Positions 39,601-52,499 of a stretch of 64,000 bases of DNA are shown here, in pieces. The DNA lies in the NCBI RefSeq assembly GCF_009914755.1, contig NC_060927.1. One strand, written 5' to 3'. The notes beneath the pieces were generated by a model. That model did no database searches and had not been told where the DNA came from. It worked only from the letters and a program-made list of their open reading frames with translations. This stretch comes from the human T2T-CHM13v2.0 reference genome, Homo sapiens. Each line of letters starts with the position of its first letter. Within the stretch, counting starts at the first letter, position 1. A program made the translations under genes and the position numbers.

Positions 39601-41701
39601 GGTTGTCTGATTCGGCCATCTGGAAAGGTCCCATAGTGCTAGGAAGGCTTGTTCCTCGAGTCCTCTGATTTGATGGTAATAGTTTTAAATATTAGTCATT
39701 TGGATAATGGAGAGAGGACATGGACTGACCTGATGTAATAGCCAATTGTCTAAGGGGTGAGATGGAGTCAGGCCTAGGGTTAAATCTAAAAAAAAAAAAA
39801 AAAAAAAATCCTGGATCAGATCTATTTTCTGGGCTATCATGGTCCACATCTTTAATTGTGCCTTCCATGCTGCTGTATCTGGCATAACATTTACAAGAAA
39901 ATGTCTAATGTTAATATAGTAACAAATATCATAAAGATAGTGAAGATTTTGCTGTCCAAGGTTATAGGTAGAATCAGAGGGCAGTAAACAACCCAATCAG
40001 CCAGAAAAGAAAAACCCCACGTGCATCACCATATTCTTTGTTTAGACTTACAATGTGTTTACCCTCCTTATTAGGAGTTATTTGAACCCTACAATAAATC
40101 TAATTTGAAAATTGTGGGACCAACATTAAATTGGATTTTAATAAATTTGATCTCTCTTTTGGCCAATTTATCTCTATAGGTATAGCACCCTGAGGAAGGT
40201 ACAAATTAAATGTGAGAAGTGTCTGGTGTTCGGTGTCTAAATTGTTATAGACTTGTCAACAGTAGACAAATCTATTTTTCCCATCACTTTTGTACTGCAC
40301 CATATGCTGGTACTTGGGAGAGAAAACGTTTTGTCACAGGAGGAGTCATATATTTCTACAGTGTCATTTTTCCTCAGCAAGACTTCCTGTGGCTGAGGGT
40401 CATAAGAGTCAAAAGACTTATAACCAATTAATTGTTCTAGGCCGGATAGGAATGGATGTAGACAGGCATTTGCTACTTCTTAAAATTATTATTTTAAGTA
40501 AAAAGGCCGACAGAAAAACCAAAAGGAAAAGTTATAAGACTGACATTTTTAACTTCCATGTGTTGAGCTGCTGTGAGCTTGGTTTTTGTTACAGACTTAT
40601 AGAAATCAGCTATACAAAACGTAAGCATTGTTCTGAAAAATTAAAACAAATATGAAGATAGATTTATCTTCACAACTCAAAGTCAGGAGTATTATATCCA
40701 GGAGGCTTTGTTACAAGGTATTTTATCCTGTTAGTAAATATTTTCCTTTAATTTTATAGTAAGCAGATAATTTGTATGGTTGGGGTGAATGCAAAAGTGA
40801 CACATAATAGTTTAGAAGGCAACTAAACTTGTTTTACCAGCTGTTTATAAGAATTTTTTTGTACCCTCTTCTTGATTTGAAGGGCTTGATCTTGTCCTCA
40901 TTTTGTCCCCCAAAACTGGCCTTTACAATCTTACACGCCCACCTCTTCTGCAATAGTCCCTGGGCCTAGAGCAAGGCAGCTTGTACAGTTGTAGCAGCAG
41001 AGCATTAACGGTGAAACAGATCGGGCCCAGTGAGATGCCAAATGATGGAGATTCATATCTCCGGTCTTCAGAATACCATGATTTTGGTTTCCTTGGAAAT
41101 AAAACCAAAAGAGATAAATAACATTTATAGTTTGACAACTTTAAGAGTAATTCATATGTCAGAACGGAAAAAGTAACCTGTTCCGTCCGGGCACCAACTA
41201 AAAATATGAAAAAAATTATAATCTGGTACTTTCTAGAGGATTATTGTAGCCAACAAATAATGCTTTAATCTGCACTCAAAAATTTAGGGCTGAAATCTAG
41301 TATTAAGTGTTACGTTTTACCCTTGAAATATTTTTTTAGCCGCCTTTTTTATTAAAGAGAATATTATAGCAAGGCCAATTTGTGTTCAAGGTTAGTTTTA
41401 GGCTTATTATGCTTGTCTGATTATTTGCATAAAATGCAGCAAGAAAGTGACTGGCCAAATAGGTTCCTTTTAAAGTTGGTTTTGCCAAAACTTTACCTGA
41501 AAATAGGCTATTTTAGTTTCAGTCTTGGTAAAATAACCAGTGTCTCCAATTGCTTTTTTTTTTTTTAAAAAAAACAAACTATTATTGAACTTATGCAGAC
41601 AACTACATTGCTATAAAATTACAATCTGAATTTTGGAAGACTCAGAAAGGTAAATTTGTTTGCAAAAACATACTGTACCCAAATAACTTAAAACAAAAAG
41701 A

Positions 41702-42483
41702 TTTTTTTTTTAAGTTCTAGGGTACATGTACACAACGTGCAGGTTTGTTACATATGTATACATGTGCCATGTTGGTGTGCTGTACCCATTAACTCATCAT
41801 TTATATTAGGTGTATCTCCTAATGCTATCCTTCCCCACTCCCCCCACCCCACAACAGGTCCCAGTGTGTGATGTTCCCCTTCCCGTGTCCATGTGTTCTC
41901 ATTGTTCAATTCCCATCTATGAGTGAGAACATGCGGTGTTTGGTTTTTTGTCCTTGCAACAGTTTGCTGAGAACGATGGTTTCCAGCTTCATCCATGTCC
42001 CTACAAAGGACATGAACTCATCATTTTTTATGGCTGCATAGTATTCCATGGTGTATATGTGCCACGTTTTCTTAATCCAGTCTATCATTGGTGGACATTT
42101 GGGTTGGTTCCAAGTCTTTGCTATTGTGAATAGTGCTGCAATAAACATACGTGTGCATGTGTCTTTATAGAAGCATGATTTATAATCCTTTGGGTATATA
42201 CCCAGTAATGGGATGGCTGGGTCAAATGGTATTTCTAGTTCTAGATCCCTGAGGAATCGCCACACTGACTTCCTCAATGGTTGAACTAGTTTACAGTCCC
42301 ACCAAGAGTGTAAAAGTGTTCCTATTTCTCCACATCCTCTCCAGCACCTGTTGTTTCCTGACTTTTTAATGATTGCCATTCTAACTGGTGTGAGATGGTA
42401 TCTCATTGTGGTTTTGCTTTGCATTTCTCTGATGGCCAGTGATGATGAGAATTTTTTCATGTGTCTGTTGGCTGCATAAATGT
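41702..42483 (-). mobile_element. 5'-truncated L1PA (about PA4-PA6), ~780 bp
   Basis: ORF 41906-42460 encodes the ORF2 C-terminus ([38 protein letters not shown]), followed by the 3'UTR and a short tail. Confidence 0.96.
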
Positions 42484-43215
42484 TTTTTTTACCCTAATTT
42501 AACCAGAGCAGCAGCTTTTAAAACAATAATGTTTGTTTACCTTGGAAATGCCATTTACTGTAGAATTTAGCAGCTGCTCACAATTAGTCCTAGAAAAGAG
42601 GCTCTCTGCCTATTAGGTAGCAAGATTTTATGTAAACCATTTTTTCGTATCATGGAACTTTTTGGGAAACATTATTTCCAGTAGTATAGGGGTAGTGTCA
42701 ATTAATATTCCATAGCAAGACAGTAAATGCCCCATCAAGTAGAACTTCTCTAGCTCAGTTGTTGTTATTGAAAAGTACTCAGTTTTTGCCATCAGCTCAG
42801 ATAAATGCTCCACAGAAAAGTTACACAGTGGAGGATTTACATGAGCAGATTCACATGTCTTCAGTTTTATAGTCCTAGAAAGGGGAAAACATTCCCCAGT
42901 TAGATATAGTACCCATTTTCATAAGACATTTAGGTAAAGGGGGTCACAACTACCTTACATAAAGCTTGTTTAAACATCTTACATTTTATAAATTTATTAA
43001 CCTGTATGTTTTCATGTTCTTCCCAGGAAGTCTTTTGTAACCCCAGACCATTTTACCTTTTCTGGTGAAAAGGGGTTTGGGTTCCCAGGAGGGAGTTGAA
43101 TCTGTAAGACCTATGAGGGACAGCAGATTTGATTCTGTGGGGCACCCATGTAAAAGGTGCTCTCTTAACCCCCAAATTTACCATGACAGAGGTAATAGAC
43201 ATTATTTGGTGGGAG

Positions 43216-43874
43216 TGTTCCTGGACCAAACTGAGGCTCAGGCTGCTATTCTTGTGGCCCAATAACGAGATGCAGATGAACTGGAGAGGAAGAGAGTTTT
43301 TATTTTCTGCAGTCGGTTACAGGGAGAAGGCCTAGAAATTATCACCAGACCAACTCAAAATTACAAAGTTTTCCAGAGCTTATATACCTTCTAAGCTATA
43401 TGTCTATGTGTAAGTGTGCATTCAACTGAAGACATAAGTGATTAACTTCTTTTAATCTATAATTAAGGTCTGAGTCCTGAAGACCTTCTTCTGGAGCCTC
43501 AGTAAATTTACTTAATCTAAATGGGTCTAGGTGTGGGGATGATTACCCTTATCTCATCTCCTGCTAATCATAAAGATGTTGGGGAGTTCCTTTAGACCCC
43601 AATACACTTGTTTGTGGAGGCCTGGGGAGTTTCTTCAGACCCCCAATAAAACTTGTTTAATCCTAGAACGGCCCTGTTAAGAATTCCTTTGTTATTTTGT
43701 CATACTTAAAGCCCCAGGAAAAGCCTAAGCAAAACTCTTGGTGGGCCTTTGTTACATTCCAGCCTTTGTATAAGGACACTGGCTCACTTAGCTTTTAATA
43801 TTTAACCTAGCCACTGAGTCAGTGCTGGGACAGTTGTAAAGGAGGGCTGTGTTAATGAGGCCTGGCCTGCCACA
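43216..43874 (-). mobile_element. Solo LTR (659 bp), LTR47/57/62-like; family uncertain
   Basis: TG...CA termini (minus strand TGTGGCAGGCCAGG...GGAACA); 4-bp TSD GGAG; AATAAA on the minus strand; internal ~42-bp tandem repeat 43582-43660. Confidence 0.8.
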
Positions 43875-46800
43875 GGAGGATATCATAAAATTATCATAAA
43901 GCTAGTCCAACATGGCTTGCATATGAGACATATTAACTGCATCCTCTGTGGTACTTCACTTGGTATTTTACAGGGAGAGTTGGGCAGTCCCTTCTCAGGG
44001 CAAACCGGCTTTATAATGGCATTATCTGGCCCACCAGGCTGATTGCTTTCTCAGGAATCATCCCCTGTGCATTTGGATCACATATACTCAGTAACTGTTT
44101 AGTAATGAGCTGTGGGTACCACATTAATTCAAAGAAGCTCTTACATTCTGTAGTATTTACAATTAAGAATTTTATCCTTAAAGTTGTTATTTTTACAATC
44201 CACTATAGTAAAGAATTTTTTTTAAAGAAGCTAAATGATACCAACCTACAAAATGGAACGATTCCTTTACATTTTACTCTTTGGTTTTAAATAGTTACTT
44301 GGTTTTACCCTTCCCCCATATCAACTATTTTCTTGGTGACCACAGGGCTCAGAGTTAACTTTTATTGCCCTAGCTTTTTTTTTTTTTTTTTTTTAAATAA
44401 GAACCCATTTAGTTTTATCTGTATAATTTCCTCCATTATAAAACAACTCTTAAATGGGTTCTTAATCAAAAACCTCACATTTTTTGGAAAATTAACATTG
44501 TGTTTTATACAATTTTAACAAAAGCATATTTTATGCTACTACTATTTTAACTTTTAGTAACCCAAATTTCCAGTGGGAAAAAAAACTGAGGGTTTAAACA
44601 TGACTTTAAAATTTTTAAATTACTCTAGAGTTTTGAGATTAAATTTACCAAATTAGTTTTTACCAAAGAGCACCAAGTTTATATAAATTAAAAGGCATCT
44701 GAGCTAGCTTTTACCAATCTGATAAGCACTTACATTTTTAAGTTACTTGATTAGAGTTCTTCTGTATAGTTTGGTAGTGAAATATCACTTCTACATTACA
44801 CATATAAAAATAGAGATATAATAGGCATGCAAAATAAAAGCCATGTTCAAAAAAATACTTTACTTGCCTGTTTTCAAAAACAATTTTTCTCCCTTACTTT
44901 AGGTAATTAGTAAAAGTTACAGGAGCCAACAAAAGGTGAAGGAGAGAGCCAGAATTCAAGGCCTTTTCAAAAGAGAAACAGTTGCACTTTTAAGATACCA
45001 ATCTGAAGAATGTTAAAGGAAATAGATTATAGAATTTAAAAATTTTAAAACTTCTTACATTAAAAATAAGTCAATATTTGTAATAAAATCTTGTTTAAAC
45101 CAATTATTTAATTTTGTATTAGTGCATTTTTTAATATGAAAGAGCAATCTCTAGAAAGACTATTATGATTTCCTTTAATCACAGCCAACTGAATTATGCA
45201 ACCTCTTTGAATATTCCTTCTTACTAACCTTATTATGACTTACATAGACCATTTACAATGGTTAGACTCTCTGTTTTACCCTAAATATCTCTTTCTTGAA
45301 CAACCCAGTTATTTTATGTTAGGTCAAAAATTCACCACACATGATTCTTTCTTATATAAAATTACTTTCCTTTTACCTTCTTACCAAAAACACCTGTTTA
45401 TATCTTTCACTATCTTTACAGCTCTTATTGCCTGACTTCTTTACCTTGTTTTATACATAACCCTTAAATAAGCTTTGAATTAGACAAACATATTTTACCT
45501 TTAATAAGAACATTTAAAAACAACGTTTTTTTATAATTCTTATATTGGAAATTGCTCAGATACTTAATACCAATTAATAACCTTAGATCCTAAATTATGA
45601 CAAGTTTGTTTACAAAGATTAATTTTATTACATTTACCTGATTAATTTAGTAGTTTACCTAGATTATTTACAAAAAAACTGTGATAGCCAATATTTAAAG
45701 TTATTTTCGTAATTACCATTTTTATAGCTGTGAATTTCAGGTACTTAAGTAATAAAACTTATGGTTAAATTTAAGGGTATTTATACCAATAACTCATTAT
45801 TTAAGCTGTTTCCATTTAAGCCAACAATATTTCATAAGCATATACAAACAAAGATTATTCTGTCTTGAGCTGGGTTTTATTGTCAATAACCCTTATTGGA
45901 AATTTTATAGTATTCTGCGGGAATAAACATGAAACTCCATGATCAATAGATGCAAACAAAATGCTAACAATTCTAAAGACATTGCTGATATTATTTTACC
46001 AATAATTTTAAAGCTGGCTTATTTGGTAAAGGTTTTAGTTAAATCATGTGAACTTGAAAAAGCATTTGACTAGTATCTGATTTTAAACACTTTAAATACC
46101 TGATTTTAAACACTTTTGTATATTTTTTAGCCAATTAATTAGAGCTCTTTATATATTTTTAGTAGTGAAAATATTGTGTACACACACATAAATATATAGA
46201 TGTATTAGGCATGATGATAGAAGCACATTGCATAGAATCATAAACACTTCCTTTTTTTCTGTTTTTTAAAATCTTATCCTAGGCAGTTGTTAGCTAAATG
46301 GTCTTAAATTTGCATATTAAAGGCAAGTCAGGTGAAAATCAGATAGCAAATTTATATTATAGGGTAAGAAGAGAAAGTCCTGTGTGCTCGAGGGAAATTA
46401 AAGCAGATTCAATTGCCAATTAAACAAAATTATACGTCTATTATAAAGGCCTTTAAATATACACACAGGCACACACACAAAGTTCCCATAGCTATTACTT
46501 CAGTACTTTAGCCATGAGACAAATACTTCACCAGCTTGCAGAAAAAATAAACAACAACAACAAAAAACTCTGTTAGATAACAGTGGTTTTTATCTCAGTA
46601 GAAAAGTAACAGCAAATTTAGGCAGAAAAGAAAATAAAACCTAGGGACTCTGTTGTTTGCAGGTTGACCTAAGGGATCAAAATTTTTCCTTAATGCAAAT
46701 GTGCACAAAGATCATACTACTTCAATTTTATATAAACTCTGGCAAATAGAGGTGCCATAAAACCTATGGAGTTCTTGAAAGGGGACATTCTCCTGATTTT

Positions 46801-49384
46801 CTCCTTATTCTTAGATTTGTTTCCCGCTTCCTTTCTTTTTTTCTTTTTCTTTCTTTTTTTTTTTTTCCTTAAAAGGAGGAACTGAGCTGTAGCCTAGGGT
46901 TTTTGTGTGGTGCATCAATGAATGCTGTTTGTGGGCAGGACTCCACAATGTGTCACTATTGGGTCGTTTCCACCCTCTTTCGTGCCTGAGTTTCTCTCTC
47001 CAGAGGTCTGTGAACTCTGAGAAGGCTCAAAACACTGGGTGATCAGCCCTGATAGGCATTTCCTGGATGAGCCATTTTTAAATTAATTTTTGTTAAGGAT
47101 TTCCCTGCAGGGCCACTGCATGTCTTGAGGGGTCAATCCCCCAGACACTCTCACGAGGACCCCAGTCACCTAGGGGTGCCTTTCAGCTGGGAGGAGTAAA
47201 TGCCCTGAAAAACTCAGTCTCTCATTTATCTATGAAAACAACAGTTCAGTTCCTCATGCAAATGTGCACAGACAAGCCGAATTAAGATAAATTTTAAGAG
47301 AAAAAGCATTAGGGAATTCCCTTTAGAATGCATGTCTGAACTAGAACTAGGATCCTTAAACAACAACTTTCTAGGAGAAAACCAGCTCGGAATAAATCAA
47401 GGACTGTCAACCAAAGGGAGGTCCGGGGCTCAGGAGGACTTACCAGTTCCACCGGAGGAGAAGCTGGAACTCGGTGGGACTTCAATGGGCTCCTGCAGGT
47501 ATCTTAGCTCCGGTTTCTGGCAACTCCTTTGGGGTCCTGAGTTTTCTGAGTTCCCACGTGTTTGGGTGCCAGATTATTGTTGACAAAAAGAGTCATATTC
47601 CAAGCCAAGTATGAGTGGCCATGGCCTGTGGCACAGCCCTCAGGAGGTCCTGAAAACATGTGCCTAAGGTGGTCGGGGTACATCTTGGTTTTATGAATCT
47701 CAGGGAGGCATGAGACATCAATCAAATACATTTAAGAAGTACACTGGTTTTGTTCAGAAAGGCAGGACAACTCAAGGTGGGGGTTTCCAGGCTATAGGTA
47801 AATTTAAACATTTTCTAGTTGACAATTGGTAGAGTTTATCTGAAGACCTGGAATCAAACGACATGTTCAGGTCAAGATAAAGGACTGTGGAGACCAAGTT
47901 TTATTGTGCAGAAGAAACTCTCAGCAGACTTCAGAGAGAGCAGGTTGAAAAATGTTTCTTATCAGACTTAAAAGGGTGCCTGGCTCTTAGTTGATTACCT
48001 CCTGAATCTGGAAAGGAAGCAAGGAAAACAAAGGGGAAAGGGGATTCTCTATAGAATATGGATTTTTCCTACAAGACTTTCAGGGGCAATTCCAGGGTTT
48101 GGCAAGGAAATTTATTTTGGGGCAAAACATTTTGAATTTTTCCCTTGTTATGCCAGAGTCAGACTGGAAAGTAAGTCACAATATACAAGGTTAAATAAAA
48201 CCCATCTAATGAGAACTTATGGTTTGTAGGGCATGACTCCCCAGACCCTTTAGAAAGACATTTGGGTAAGATAAAAAAAAATCAGAGCTTAGTCCTCACG
48301 TTCTGTGCTATATTGAATTCCAAAGCTGTTATTTTTAAGAGGGTTCTAAAGTTGGCAATCAAAATTCTGTCATCCTTAAATTAAAACAGTGAATTTAATG
48401 AAATGCTCTTAAAAATAAATATACTTGAGTGGACTGTTTTGAATACTTTAGAGAAAAATAACCTGATTACAAACAAACCCTAAGAAGAAACAAGAGGAAT
48501 GCCTTTGGGATATGTTTTGGAAAGCAAGGGCTTCACTCTCCTTTCTTTTACTTCCTTAAGCTTCATCATGAGAAACTCTTTCAGATATTTCAAAAAATCC
48601 CTATTAGCCAATTAATGATTCCATTGTTCACATGTTTGTGTATGTTTGTGTGTCTTCTGTTAGTGGATGTTCAACTTCATGGTAGTTGATTGATCCTATC
48701 TAAAAAGTATTTTCAAAACGTAATGTCTAATGTGATGAATCCGACAGGTCTGGCCATAACTGTAGAAAAAGATGGATATATATTTGTTTTCATTATTATA
48801 TGATAAGCAGAACTTCTTGCTGGTCAAATTCAGGAGAAAATTCCTGTCTACTTACCATTTTACTTAATGGTGTCTGTGTATTAGTGAAAGACAAAATTTG
48901 AACAACGCTTAATATAGCAGTCATGCCACTAAATAGCTGCTCATCCAGATTCTCTGTAAACTTTGACTCTAAGTGTAAAACCAAAGATAATGATTTTAAT
49001 TTCTATAAAAGAGTACAGAATCCTAATTATTGTTTCCAGAATTAGTACAACTCTTTCTCTCCCTAATCATAATTCACAATCAATCCCTCTGACCTTAACC
49101 TTCTTTAGAAAGAATTAACTTACCTGCCTTTCCTTTTACTTTCAGATTCAAATACAAAACATGAAATAATATGGCTTTTACATTTGGTTCCAAATTTTCA
49201 TCCAGGGTGCTGAAACTATGGGAGAATAGATTTCAGCATAATAAATGTAAGAACTTTCAACAGCATTGTCCAAAGATAGAACTGATTCCTGTCGTAGGTG
49301 GTAGATTCACTCTCAGTGGACAACCACTTGGCTGTACTGTTTCAGATGTGAGGTACATGCAAATGGAAACATAACAAAGTAGTT

Positions 49385-49560
49385 AAAGGCATGGTCAGGC
49401 TTCCAAGGCTCAAATCACAACTCTTTTACTTACTAGCTGCATGAACTTAGACAAGTTAATTTTCTTTACTTATCTTTATCATACTTATACGTACAATATT
49501 ATGTGAAGATCAAACCAGATACCATACATAAATCGGATAATGATATAATTTGTTATTCAG
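49385..49560 (+). mobile_element. MIR fragment
   Basis: CTCAAATCACAACTCTTTTACTTACTAGCTGCATGAACTTAGACAAGTTA. Confidence 0.65.
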
Positions 49561-50470
49561 AATAGGCCACTTCTGAGATTGAAGAAGGGGTTATTAATAA
49601 CTGTGTCAAGAAAATAGGTGTTCTATCTAGGGGATTCTACAGCCAAAGACTTAAAAGATGGCCTGACATAAATAAGGACTGACTAGGCGTTAGCTCTTGA
49701 TATTGTTGTTGATGTTGCTGTTGTTGTTTTAGTTGTTGTCAAAAAAGATGGCTCTAAGGGTTTCTTCTAACCTTGAGATTCTAAGATTTGCTAACAAATA
49801 GCTGTTATTTGCCAGCCCCGGTGAATTCATTTTCAAACTACCCAGCTCAGGAGAGAGGTGAGAGAGCGAGAGGCAGATGGTAAGTGTGAAGGAGTATGTT
49901 TATTTCCAGAATCAATATGCTTTATCTTCGGCACACCAGCTAAGCATAAAATGGAGAATATCTCTGTCAAATCTGTGGAGGAGACCACTTTGTCAAATTG
50001 GCACCTTTCTTTCTTCCTATCAACTTTATATCATAAAAGATGAGTAAATTGTGTTGATGTTCTCTGTTGTGACATGCACTGACATGATTGATATGAAGTA
50101 ACTTTCATGTTGCATAAGTGAAAAGAAAATAATGATATCATGTAGCCAAATGGAGAGTGTCAGGCATAGAGGACCCCTGTGAACCAGAAACATTTTGTTC
50201 TTACTTCTCCTCAAGTTAAGAAGAAAAATAGTAAAGTCACAGTTTTACAAGTTAGGGTGGTGCAGCAGAAGTATATTAATGCTTTCTACTATAGTGTTGT
50301 TAATATAGTAATTTTTGAAAAAGGTAAAGTCGTGATTCTCACACAGGTATAAATCGAACATGTGTTAAAAATTTAATTCATTAATTAAATAAGGAGGCCA
50401 GCAGATGTCAAATCAGTTCAAAGGAAAATCCAAAGAACAGGTATATATATGTAGTATATAGAAAGAACAG

Positions 50471-50482
50471 ATATATATATAT

Positions 50483-50514
<32 letters not shown>
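50471..50514. repeat. (TA)n(TG)n compound microsatellite
   Basis: Seen directly. Confidence 0.95.
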
Positions 50515-50731
50515 CTGTATAAAGAATATTGAAATCAATGGGCAAATGGAAGACAAAGCTGGCTTCACAGCTGGAGAAAAAAGTAAATTCAGCCTCTGAC
50601 AAACAGAATTTACATGTTTATAGGCACGAATTATTTTGCATTGCTACCAATTACTATTTTGCATTATCTATACGTAACAATGTTGTTAGTCCTAGAATCA
50701 GAATCAGATAACCCAAAAGGGATCTCTAGAC

Positions 50732-50930
50732 TAGGGGTTGGCAAACTGTGGCTCTAAGCAAGCAATCCTTGTTTGTGAATAAAGTTTTACTGAAATATAG
50801 TCATGTCCTTTTGTTTATGCATTGCTTATCATGCTAAATGGCAGAGTTGAATAAATGCAATGAAACTTTATAGCCTACTATCTTGAAGTATTTACTGTTG
50901 AGTCCTGTAAAGAAAAAGTTGCTGATTCCT
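50732..50930 (+). mobile_element. MER58A (hAT-Charlie MITE)
   Basis: TAGGGGTTGGCAAACT...AATAAAGTTTTACTGAAA...GAAAAAGTTGCTGATTCCTG. Confidence 0.85.
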
Positions 50931-50974
50931 GCTGTAGATAGTGAATAGGACAGTGCACAATTTTTTTTCTGGAT

Positions 50975-51145
50975 TGTGTAGTGGAAAGACAATAATTTAG
51001 GAAGTAGATAAATCTGGATTCAAATCTTAATTCCACTACTTGATAAATGTGTAATTTGAGGCAAGTTATGCAAGCTTTCTGGTATTCAGTTATTAAATAT
51101 GATAATACCTCTCATATAGTTATCATGAGGATGAACTAAAATAGT
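50975..51145 (+). mobile_element. MIR fragment
   Basis: CTGGATTCAAATCTTAATTCCACTACTTGA...GGCAAGTTA...ATAATACCT. Confidence 0.7.
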
Positions 51146-51467
51146 GGATAAAAAGACTAGTAGAATTTTTAGATCGAATGTTGTAGGAGGTTTTTTAAAA
51201 ATGTTATTCTTATTAATTATCATTTATCAGGATATCAGAATCTTCTATCATAATTCTATCTTTAGGGCCAAAACTATCTGTAAGTTAATAGCCTTAAATT
51301 ACTGGACTTGTCATCAAAAGAGAGGGCGCCATTCATGCTGCCTGCAATAGAATATGACCACCATGCTATTCTTTGGCACAATAAAGAGCAGCCTCCTGTA
51401 TCAGCCAGCACAGTGAACTAGGGCTTAGTTGATTAGAAACCCAGATTGGTGAATATGGAAAACTCTT

Positions 51468-51587
51468 TTTTTTTTTCCTCTGCCAAGATTTTTTTTAAAA
51501 ATTTCATTATTATTATACTTTAAGTTTTAGGGTACATGTGCACAACGTGCAGGTTTGTTACATGTGCCATGTTGGTGTGCTGCACCC
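51468..51587 (-). mobile_element. Extremely 5'-truncated L1PA with two A-rich tails
   Basis: L1PA 3' terminus (TTATACTTTAAGTTTTAGGGTACATGTGCACAACGTGCAGG); 11-bp TSD GGAAAACTCTT at 51457-51467 and 51588-51598. Confidence 0.93.
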
Positions 51588-51994
51588 GGAAAACTCTTGA
51601 ATCTCTCCGGTGGTCAATTACTTTATCTCTAAAGTAAAAATGTTAAATCAGAGACAGAAAACTGCTGAGATCCTTCAAGGCTTTACAATTCTGTGAAACA
51701 ATGTCACCATAGCTTCTTTCTTCTACCATTTCACAGCTGAGAAAGGAAGGTTTTAGATAAAGAGAAAAGATGATGGGAAATTGTGACCACATAGAAGGCA
51801 ATTATATTTTCAGCATAACACTATTACTTTCATTTTATATTTTCTAACGGGAATTCCTTTAGGCAGAAGACAAGGTCTGATATATTCTTTGTTACCTATT
51901 CACTCTGCTTCTTACAGAGTTAATAGAGTTCTGCACACAGTGGCACTCAATTAATATCCAATGAAGATGGAAACACTTTTTAAATGGTTATTAT

Positions 51995-52160
51995 CATTAA
52001 CTGTTCTTCACAGCATCCCTAGGAGGCAGTGTCAGGATAATTACCTATGTTTTACAGGTGAGAAATCTGAACCCAGAGAGGATAAAGCCACGTGGCTAAA
52101 GTTATACAGTTATTAATCAGCAGAACTGGGAATAGAATTCAGCATCCCAAGTCCTGAGAT
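51995..52160 (-). mobile_element. MIR fragment
   Basis: TTTTACAGGTGAGAAATCTGA...GGCTAAAGTTATACAG...GCAGAACTGGGAATAGAA. Confidence 0.7.
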
Positions 52161-52499
52161 TTTGTTCAAACAAAATCATAACTACAGCCTGCCAAAAGAC
52201 TAGGAACCTTGGGGAAAGTCATTCCCCCGAAAAGACCAGAGGCTTCATACTGCCAGCCAAAAGCAAGGAGCAGAATGCACTCCTGGGAAGCCATTTTATC
52301 TCACTTGTTAATTTATTTTCTCAATTATCTTGAACAATTTATATACAAAAATTATCCTTCAGGTTCTAGACAGCTTGTTAACATGGTCTTCTGATTCTTG
52401 GGTAAAATATCTAAGCTCTAAAGGCCTGTACTAGCAATGAGATTCGTGAGTTTAAAGTACTAGCAATTAAGAGAAAGTAGGTGGCACAGAGAGCATGAT

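Larger units (their letters stand above)
38752..48298 (-). mobile_element. Non-autonomous MER4-group provirus with two MER4E-type LTRs; contains a nested L1PA and a solo LTR
   Basis: LTRs at 38752-39507 and 47578-48298 (minus strand TGAGGACTAAGCTCTGATTTTT...TCAACA). The 5' LTR has a short U5 deletion. Lys-like PBS TGGCACCCAAACACGTGGG at 47553-47571. AT-rich non-coding interior; flanks GCTT/CGTT are not a clean TSD. Confidence 0.9.

Noticed and set aside
41906-42460. Longest ORF (184 aa) as a gene
   Set aside because: It is the C-terminus of L1 ORF2 in a 5'-truncated copy with no promoter, and one Cys of the C-terminal motif is changed to Ser.
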